From a virus (lineage: Duplodnaviria; Caudoviricetes), in the IMG/VR virus record IMGVR_UViG_3300020045_001862, positions 1-31,113 of that record: 31,113 nucleotides of DNA; one strand, 5' to 3'. Position numbers and translations under genes: made by a program. Under the pieces are notes generated by a model, which ran no database searches, was not told where the DNA came from, and worked only from the letters and a program-made list of their open reading frames with translations. Numbering within the stretch: the first letter of the stretch is position 1; every line of letters begins with the position of its first letter. Below are positions 24,850 to 31,113 of this stretch, in pieces.

Positions 24850-25249
24850 TACTAAAACCTATCAAGTGTGGAGTAATTTAAAGAAACGTTGTAATCAAAA
24901 AGATAATTTTCCACGTCACGGTGGTAGAGGTATTACTTACAATCCTTCTTGGGAATATTTTGAAAATTTCTATTTAGATATGGGTGAATGTCCGATTGGA
25001 CAAACACTAGATCGAATAGACAATGACGGCAATTATACTAAAGATAATTGTCGTTGGACTACTTATAGTGAACAAAATATTAATAGATGTATTCGTAAAG
25101 ATAATACTACTGGTGTTAAAGGAGTACAAAAACATGCAAATGGTTTTCTAGTAACAGGCGTTCGCAATAAAATTAAATTTTATTTAGGCTATACAAAAGA
25201 TTTTGATGTTGCTTGTACTCTCCGCAGAGCTTGGGAAACGAGTTTGTAG
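24836..25249 (+). CDS. HNH homing endonuclease
   Basis: GGRGI...FYLDMG...TLDRIDNDGNY..DNCRW; NTTGVKGV C-terminal DNA-binding region; AT-rich. Confidence 0.85.
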   Translation: MTKSNTKTYQVWSNLKKRCNQKDNFPRHGGRGITYNPSWEYFENFYLDMGECPIGQTLDRIDNDGNYTKDNCRWTTYSEQNINRCIRKDNTTGVKGVQKHANGFLVTGVRNKIKFYLGYTKDFDVACTLRRAWETSL

Positions 25250-25440
25250 TGGATCTCAAACACTCATTAGAAACTGAGGATGGAATCTACGAAGTTTATC
25301 TTAGTACATCACAGGATGACCTCGACTATTTGCAGAGGTTGTCTTTGATGTTCTTAATTGATAAAGATATGTTTCCATTTCGATTATTGTCTGCGAAAGA
25401 CACATGCAATTTTCACAATGCACCGGAGATGTTACAATGA
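25249..25440 (+). CDS. Hypothetical protein (start uncertain)
   Basis: ORF 25213..25440; GTG at 25249 overlaps the HNH stop. Confidence 0.55.
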   Translation: MDLKHSLETEDGIYEVYLSTSQDDLDYLQRLSLMFLIDKDMFPFRLLSAKDTCNFHNAPEMLQ

Positions 25441-25562
25441 TTACCGTAAAATTACGATACTCTGATGGACAAATTACAATTAAACAATTTAAAGATAAAA
25501 AAGAAGCTGAATGGTTCATTCACAATGAAGGCGATCATCTCCTTGAAGCGAGTTATGTATGA
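25437..25562 (+). CDS. Small hypothetical protein (41 aa)
   Basis: MITVKLRYSDGQITIKQFKDKKEAEWFIHNEGDHLLEASYV*; GGAG RBS; ATGA overlaps. Confidence 0.7.
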   Translation: MITVKLRYSDGQITIKQFKDKKEAEWFIHNEGDHLLEASYV

Positions 25563-26335
25563 TTAGTCATCTTATAATTCCTGATACACAGTGCAAAGAT
25601 GAACAAGACTTTGAATATCTAACACGAATTGGTCAGTACATTATAGAAGTACAACCTGAAGTTGTCATTCATCTAGGAGACTTCGCTGATATGCCAAGTC
25701 TGTCTAGCTATGATATAGGAAAGAAATCATTTGAAGGTAGACGATATACAAAGGACATTGAAGCAGCTAAGAAAGCTATGCATTGTCTTCTTGATCCATT
25801 GTATTCTTATAATGCTAATGCAAAACTGCAAAAGAAAAAACAATATCATCCACGAAAGGTAATGCTTTTAGGCAACCATGAGAACCGTATTGCTAGGGCT
25901 ATCAATGATGATCCGAAGTTGGAAGGGCTCATTAGTTACAAAGATCTTCCATATGATGACTGGGAAGTACATGACTTTCTTAAGCCGGTCTTTATCAACG
26001 GTATTGCTTATAGCCATTATTTTCCTACCGGGGTTATGGGAAGAGCTGCCACAACAGCTTCCGCTATGGTTAGCAAATTGCACATGTCTTGTATTGCTGG
26101 TCATCAGCAAGGTAAACAAGTGGCCTATGGCAAACGGCCTGATGGTTCTACTATTACTTGCATCATTGCTGGTTCTTGCTATGAGCATGATGAAGACTAT
26201 CTAGGACCACAAGGTAACAATCATTTCCGTGGAATTCTCATGGCGTATGATGTACAGAATGGTTCCTTTGATGAACACTTTGTCTCACTAAAATATTTGA
26301 AAGAACATTATGCAAAGTCCGACACATTACGGTGA
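25559..26335 (+). CDS. Calcineurin-like metallophosphoesterase
   Basis: IPDTQ, HLGDFAD, LGNHE, YSHY, AGHQQ. Confidence 0.85.
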   Translation: MISHLIIPDTQCKDEQDFEYLTRIGQYIIEVQPEVVIHLGDFADMPSLSSYDIGKKSFEGRRYTKDIEAAKKAMHCLLDPLYSYNANAKLQKKKQYHPRKVMLLGNHENRIARAINDDPKLEGLISYKDLPYDDWEVHDFLKPVFINGIAYSHYFPTGVMGRAATTASAMVSKLHMSCIAGHQQGKQVAYGKRPDGSTITCIIAGSCYEHDEDYLGPQGNNHFRGILMAYDVQNGSFDEHFVSLKYLKEHYAKSDTLR

Positions 26336-26504
26336 TACTCGCTTGATGGACCTGTTAATTGACAAGCAGGTTCCATTTGCTGAGGCCAACATTATGAAGT
26401 ACGTTTTTCGTTGGCGAGAAAAAGATGGTCTTAAAGATTTAGATAAAGCCAAAGTTTATCTAGAAGCTCTTATTAAACATGAGGAATTAAAAAATGCAGG
26501 CTAA
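26310..26504 (+). CDS. DUF3310 / T7 gp1.7-like protein
   Basis: SPTHY...[18 protein letters not shown]. Confidence 0.75.
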   Translation: MQSPTHYGDTRLMDLLIDKQVPFAEANIMKYVFRWREKDGLKDLDKAKVYLEALIKHEELKNAG

Positions 26505-26823
26505 TACCTACCAAGACTGGACTTTATCGACCGCAATATATCCAAAGGCAGGCACTGGGGAAGATGCAGAACTCACCTACCTTGCACTAGGTCTTAATGG
26601 TGAAGCTGGCGAAGTAGCAGACAAGGTTAAGAAACATCTACGTGATGGTAAAGCTTTAGATATTGGTGGTATTATTTATGAACTTGGTGATGTGTGTTGG
26701 TACGTAGCGCGCATGGCAGAAGCTCTTGGATATGAACTAGAAGATGTTCTTACCATTAACTATTCAAAGTTAGAGTCGCGCAAATCACGTGATGTTCTTA
26801 CTGGATCTGGCGATGAACGTTAA
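26494..26823 (+). CDS. MazG-like nucleoside triphosphate pyrophosphohydrolase
   Basis: [16 protein letters not shown]...ELGDVCWY...N..KL..R....L.GSGD.R. Confidence 0.88.
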   Translation: MQANTYQDWTLSTAIYPKAGTGEDAELTYLALGLNGEAGEVADKVKKHLRDGKALDIGGIIYELGDVCWYVARMAEALGYELEDVLTINYSKLESRKSRDVLTGSGDER

Positions 26824-27382
26824 GCTTGAATATGTCACACCAAATTCACTTGAACTTATCGGACGCTTTGCAGGCATCTGCTATAACTCCAATCTTGAAA
26901 CAGCAGCTTGCACTAAGCGCGCTATCTCTTGCAAAGATAAGGGCCATCTTGCAACTCTTCGATTTGCTTTCGCAACATTTCATGTCAGCAGAATCAGCAG
27001 AACATGTAGTCACCAATTTGTTAGATCGAAGCACCTAGACTTTCTACAACGATCGCAGAGGTATTGTAATGAATCAGAAACACCCTTTGTCGTTCCTACA
27101 AAAGATCCAGATCTTTCTTCTATTATTACTGCTTCATACAAAGCTTCGTTGGATACATACAACAAGCTCATTGCAGCAGGTGTTAAGAAAGAAGATGCAA
27201 GGTTTGTCCTCCCGAATGGAGGCACTACGGAGTTGGTGGTAACTGGTAATTTTCAAGCATGGTTGGATTTCATTAAACTACGTGCCGATAAACATGCACA
27301 ATGGGAAATCCGCGATGTAGCAAAGGAGATCAATAACATTCTGTCTGGACATGCTCCCGGCTTATTTAATTGGATGCCATAA
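26813..27382 (+). CDS. thyX: FAD-dependent thymidylate synthase
   Basis: [16 protein letters not shown]...[16 protein letters not shown]...HAQWEIR. Confidence 0.88.
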   Translation: MNVKLEYVTPNSLELIGRFAGICYNSNLETAACTKRAISCKDKGHLATLRFAFATFHVSRISRTCSHQFVRSKHLDFLQRSQRYCNESETPFVVPTKDPDLSSIITASYKASLDTYNKLIAAGVKKEDARFVLPNGGTTELVVTGNFQAWLDFIKLRADKHAQWEIRDVAKEINNILSGHAPGLFNWMP

Positions 27383-27383
27383 T

Positions 27384-27536
27384 ATGCAGTGGGTTTATGA
27401 TAATCTGGGTGGTGGTCACAATGGAGAGTATTATCATACTTGCTCTAATTGTGGTTATAATGATTGGTTTGCTTCTTATACTAAACCAAATAAAGAAAAA
27501 ATTAAATGTCCTAAGTGTAAGGAAACTCCTAAATGA
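27384..27536 (+). CDS. Small Zn-ribbon protein
   Basis: CSNCG...CPKC. Confidence 0.65.
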   Translation: MQWVYDNLGGGHNGEYYHTCSNCGYNDWFASYTKPNKEKIKCPKCKETPK

Positions 27537-27913
27537 GTGTACTACTTACTACACTTCTCTCAGCACTTATCCCTGTTGGAGTAGAAGGAATCAAACAAGG
27601 TATTACCGCCCTAACGGGCGGTATTAAACCTACGACAGTAGCGGAGCAGATTCAACTTGAGGAACAAGACATTAAACGGATGGCGGCTGTTGCTGCTTTG
27701 GACAATCCCGGTGGCACTCCTAGTCAGTGGGTGGTTGATCTTCGTGGCAGCTCTCGTTATATCGCAGCCTTTACTGTTATCTTTGGCGGTGTTGGTCTTG
27801 CTTTTGTCCCCAATATCGATTTTGCTGTTAAGGCAATGGCTCTTGAAGCCGCAAATATCGCATTTGGATTTCTCTTTGGATCCAGACTAACAGCTCAAAT
27901 TAGGAACAAATAA
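27533..27913 (+). CDS. Membrane protein, holin-like (3TM GTA-holin type)
   Basis: Hydrophobic segments; SQWVVDLRGSSR and FGFLFGSR motifs. Confidence 0.6.
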   Translation: MSVLLTTLLSALIPVGVEGIKQGITALTGGIKPTTVAEQIQLEEQDIKRMAAVAALDNPGGTPSQWVVDLRGSSRYIAAFTVIFGGVGLAFVPNIDFAVKAMALEAANIAFGFLFGSRLTAQIRNK

Positions 27914-28353
27914 TGAAACATGGTATGTATAAAACTTCTACATACAACACATGGATTTGTATGCATCGTCGTTGTCGAGGTGAAGGATATTGGAAATATT
28001 CAGATAAACACATTACTGTTTGTGACTCTTGGAAAGAATTTGTAAATTTCTTGTCTGATATGGGAGAAAGACCCATTGGTCACACTCTAGATCGCATTGA
28101 CAATTCCAAAGGATACTACAAAGAGAACTGTCGTTGGGCTACTCCCAAACAGCAAGGAGAAAATCGAGATCTTCCTAAACAATATAACACAAATAAATCA
28201 GGTCATGTTGGAATTCATTGGGATTCTAAAAGATGTAAGTGGTTTACTCAAGTGCGACGTAATAATAAAACAACTGCTTTAGGTAGATTTGATTCTCTTG
28301 AACAAGCAATTTATATTCGAGAGACTTGGATTCTAACCAACTATAAGAAATAA
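27913..28353 (+). CDS. HNH homing endonuclease with AP2-like C-terminus
   Basis: KHGM...W..M..RC, FLSDMGERP, TLDRIDNSKGY..ENCRWAT, NKSGHVGI...KW...LGRF. Confidence 0.85.
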   Translation: MKHGMYKTSTYNTWICMHRRCRGEGYWKYSDKHITVCDSWKEFVNFLSDMGERPIGHTLDRIDNSKGYYKENCRWATPKQQGENRDLPKQYNTNKSGHVGIHWDSKRCKWFTQVRRNNKTTALGRFDSLEQAIYIRETWILTNYKK

Positions 28354-28354
28354 T

Positions 28355-28531
28355 ATGCAAACTTTCGACGACCTTCTACAGCAATTAAAAAAAGAAGATG
28401 AGGTCACAGTACTAGAGATTGTAGATGTCTCATCTGACGAGCTTGTAGATGCCTTAGAGGGCATTATCTATGACAGGCAACAACGTGTTAGGGATTACTA
28501 TGGTGAAGATACAGAAGAGTTGGACAGGTAA
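28355..28531 (+). CDS. Small acidic hypothetical protein (58 aa)
   Basis: MQTFDDLLQQLKKEDEVTVLEIVDVSSDELVDAL...ELDR*. Confidence 0.7.
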   Translation: MQTFDDLLQQLKKEDEVTVLEIVDVSSDELVDALEGIIYDRQQRVRDYYGEDTEELDR

Positions 28532-28658
28532 GAAAGCTCCAACAAATCCCATTAAAAAAGAGAAGCATGATTGTCGTAAATACAAGACTGTTTATCTAGA
28601 TGACCTTCGCAAAAAAGAACAACAACAAGAACTCAAGGATTTACTTAATGCAAATTAA
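28500..28658 (+). CDS. Small basic hypothetical protein
   Basis: MVKIQKSW...; AGGGA RBS; overlaps RNR start. Confidence 0.55.
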   Translation: MVKIQKSWTGKKAPTNPIKKEKHDCRKYKTVYLDDLRKKEQQQELKDLLNAN

Positions 28659-30294
28659 CCGTTTCAAGAACAGCTTCAGTGAGAACATTTTCCGTAATAA
28701 GTATGCACAAGGTCCAAACGACACATGGGATGCACTTGCAGAACGTTTAGTAGAGGATGTGTGTGGTACACGTTGGGGAAAAGATCGTGCACTTATGGGA
28801 GATGAAGATCGTGCGCAACTTACACAATATATTAAAGAGTTTAAATTTGTACCCGGAGGTCGCTATTTGTGGTATGCCGGTCGTGGTAATTCTTATTTTA
28901 GCAATTGTTTTCTACTAAGAGCTGAAGAGGATACACGAGAAGAATGGGCAAACCTAACACAACGAGCAGTGAGTTGTCTAATGACTGGGGGTGGCATTGG
29001 TGTAGACTATTCTATTCTACGTCCAGAAGGGAAGCCGCTGACTCGTACTGGTGGATTGTCCAGCGGTCCAATTCCACTGATGCAGATGTTAAACGAAGTT
29101 GGCCGAGGGGTGATGCAAGGTGGCTCAAGACGATCAGCGATTTACGCCAGTCTCAATTGGCTACATGAGGATATTCCACAATTTCTAAAGGCTAAGAACT
29201 GGTCTGAAGAAATCAAAGCAATGAAGAATAAAGACTTCAATGCAGCAGCACCTCTTGACATGACCAACATCTCTGTTAACTACGATGACAAGTGGTTGTA
29301 TAATGCAGATCGTGCAAAGCTCAACACCTTTGTAGAGAATTGTCGTCAAGCGATGATGACAGGTGAACCTGGCTTTAGCTTTAACTTTGGTGATAAACAA
29401 AATGAAACTCTTCGTAACGCATGTACGGAAGTTACGTCAGAAGATGATAGCGACGTATGTAATCTTGGCTCTATCAACATCAGTAATATTAAAGATCTGG
29501 AAGAGTTCAAAAATGTCGTTGCTCTCGGCTCCAAATTCCTTGTATGTGGGACTCTCAGAGCAGACCTTCCATATGACAAGGTATATAAAGTTAGAGAAAA
29601 GAATCGACGATTAGGTTTGGGTCTTATGGGTATCCATGCTTGGCTCCTACAACGTCAACAGGGATACGAAGTAACTCCTGAATTACATGAATGGTTAAAG
29701 GTATATAAAGATGAATCCGAACGATCCGCTAATGAACATTGTGAGCGACTATTTATTTCCAAGCCAGTTGCTTACCGTGCCATCGCTCCAACAGGAAGTA
29801 TAGGAATTTTAGCAGGTACTACTACTGGAATCGAGCCTTTGTATGCTGTTGCTTATAAACGTAGGTATTTAACTGAGGGTACTAAGTGGAAGTATGAATA
29901 TGTAGTTGATACCACAGCAGATCAATTGATTAAAGAGTATGGAATAGATCCAACAACCATTGAAACTGCTCAATCTCTAAGTGAAAACTTTGAGAAACGT
30001 ATCTCATTTCAAGCTTCTATTCAGGATTATGTGGACATGAGCATCAGTTCTACCATTAATCTTCCCGCATGGGGTAGTAAACTTAATAATGAATCTCGTG
30101 TAACTGAGTTTGCAGAAATTCTAAGTAAGTATGCTCCACGTTTGCGTGGGTTTACGGCCTATCCAGACGGTTCTCGTGGCGGACAACCACTTACCTCCGT
30201 TCCATATGAGGAAGCCCTTAAACATAAGGGATACACATTCGCAGAGAATGATATTTGTGAGATCGGTGGAAAAGGTGGAAGTTGTGGGGTATAA
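28648..30294 (+). CDS. nrdJ: Ribonucleotide reductase, probably class II (B12-dependent)
   Basis: PGGRYL, NCF, GGGIG, GGSRRSA, GEPG, NACTE, CNLGSIN, IAPTGS; C-terminal Cys pair; no beta subunit gene adjacent. Confidence 0.85.
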   Translation: MQINRFKNSFSENIFRNKYAQGPNDTWDALAERLVEDVCGTRWGKDRALMGDEDRAQLTQYIKEFKFVPGGRYLWYAGRGNSYFSNCFLLRAEEDTREEWANLTQRAVSCLMTGGGIGVDYSILRPEGKPLTRTGGLSSGPIPLMQMLNEVGRGVMQGGSRRSAIYASLNWLHEDIPQFLKAKNWSEEIKAMKNKDFNAAAPLDMTNISVNYDDKWLYNADRAKLNTFVENCRQAMMTGEPGFSFNFGDKQNETLRNACTEVTSEDDSDVCNLGSINISNIKDLEEFKNVVALGSKFLVCGTLRADLPYDKVYKVREKNRRLGLGLMGIHAWLLQRQQGYEVTPELHEWLKVYKDESERSANEHCERLFISKPVAYRAIAPTGSIGILAGTTTGIEPLYAVAYKRRYLTEGTKWKYEYVVDTTADQLIKEYGIDPTTIETAQSLSENFEKRISFQASIQDYVDMSISSTINLPAWGSKLNNESRVTEFAEILSKYAPRLRGFTAYPDGSRGGQPLTSVPYEEALKHKGYTFAENDICEIGGKGGSCGV

Positions 30295-30679
30295 TCCAGA
30301 AGTATATCAAGCAAACAAAGAAAAATTTGCAGCTAAAAGTAAGGCTTGGAGAGAAGCCAATCCAGAACGTGCAAAAGAGAATCGCAGACGAAACTATGAG
30401 TTGAATAAAGAATCTAATTTACAATATTCTAAAGAGTATAATTTAAAGAAGAAATTTAAATTAACTTTAGATGAATACCAAGTACTGTTAAATTCTCAAA
30501 ATAATGTTTGCGCTATATGTGGTAATATCTGTACCAGATCTTTAGCAGTAGACCACAATCACAATACTGGAAAAGTTAGAGGATTACTTTGTAATAATTG
30601 TAATAGAGGTCTTGGGCACTTTAAAGATAATCTAGAAAATCTAAAACAAGCGATTGTATATTTAAAGGAACACACTTGA
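30284..30679 (+). CDS. Endonuclease VII-like HNH endonuclease
   Basis: Q...CAICG...LAVDHNH.TGKVRGLLC..CN.GLG.FKD; GTG start inferred. Confidence 0.85.
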   Translation: MGYNPEVYQANKEKFAAKSKAWREANPERAKENRRRNYELNKESNLQYSKEYNLKKKFKLTLDEYQVLLNSQNNVCAICGNICTRSLAVDHNHNTGKVRGLLCNNCNRGLGHFKDNLENLKQAIVYLKEHT

Positions 30680-30837
30680 ACGAAGAATTCAAAGCACTAC
30701 TACTAGAAACTATTCGTGAACTCAAAGATCATCCTGAAGGTAAAGATGGAGTTGCTTTTGTAACAGACTTCGACGAAGAACCTGACTGGGAAGTTGCTCT
30801 GGTATTTAAACATAATGTAGATAAAACTAAGCACTAA
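30676..30837 (+). CDS. Small hypothetical protein (53 aa)
   Basis: AAGGA RBS, TTG start, ...FVTDFDEEPDWEVALVFK...*. Confidence 0.6.
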   Translation: MNEEFKALLLETIRELKDHPEGKDGVAFVTDFDEEPDWEVALVFKHNVDKTKH

Positions 30838-30841
30838 AAGT

Positions 30842-30877
30842 AAAAGCCCCTTTCTCTTTCGAGTCAGGGGCTTTTTT
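30842..30877. terminator. Bidirectional rho-independent terminator
   Basis: AAAAGCCCCT...AGGGGCTTTTTT between convergent genes. Confidence 0.85.
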
Positions 30878-31112
30878 ACATCTTGATTCTTTTTTGTTGC
30901 TGTTCCATTAACCTACGCAAAGTCATGTCAGTTTGGTCTTGATAATTATTAGGCATGGTTTGCATCTTCTGTTCAGAGTATAAACCCTTATCCATAGCAT
31001 TACGGTAGAGATCTTGTAAAGAGTAACTATCAGTCCAAACCTTAGCTTGATTAGGATCATACTGCCTTTGAACAGTATCCCTATTTTGAAAGAAATACTG
31101 TTGAAGTTCCTT
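30876..31112 (-). CDS. 3' end of a convergent gene (probably late/virion module), truncated
   Basis: Open frame KELQQYFFQNRD...QQQKRIKM* ending at the terminator. Confidence 0.7.
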   Translation of the reverse strand, partial: KELQQYFFQNRDTVQRQYDPNQAKVWTDSYSLQDLYRNAMDKGLYSEQKMQTMPNNYQDQTDMTLRRLMEQQQKRIKM

Positions 31113-31113
31113 C

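Noticed and set aside
1-31113. Alternative genetic code or a prophage/integration module
   Set aside because: Conserved genes are full length under the standard code with TAA, TAG and TGA stops; no integrase, repressor or host genes seen

Overview
Lytic phage DNA (Caudoviricetes, podovirus-like; phiEco32/Kuravirus-type peptide-ligase cluster plus T7-like replication genes; no RNA polymerase or structural module except one truncated minus-strand ORF at the right edge). From about 6080 to 30840 the + strand carries small early genes, a Zn-dependent deaminase, a glutamine amidotransferase/COOH-NH2 ligase/amidoligase/ATP-grasp cluster, primase, DnaB-like helicase, split family A DNA polymerase, SSB-like protein, exonuclease, endonuclease I, metallophosphoesterase, MazG, ThyX, class II RNR and HNH/EndoVII endonucleases. 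Bases 1-4970 are a diverged, inverted, collinear second copy of the 8259-12940 block, diverging from an imperfect palindrome near 5950; this is either a real duplicated module or two related phages joined head-to-head. The most unusual signals are (1) a non-palindromic 9-mer GGWCGGTCA seen 19 times, always in the direction of transcription, about every 1 kb near the divergence point and absent after 21.4 kb, (2) a tRNA-Asn-like RNA whose anticodon arm is replaced by about 90 nt, and (3) an HNH gene that appears to have split the ligase gene and supplied a replacement 5' end. All calls come from reading motifs by eye; no database search or folding program was run.
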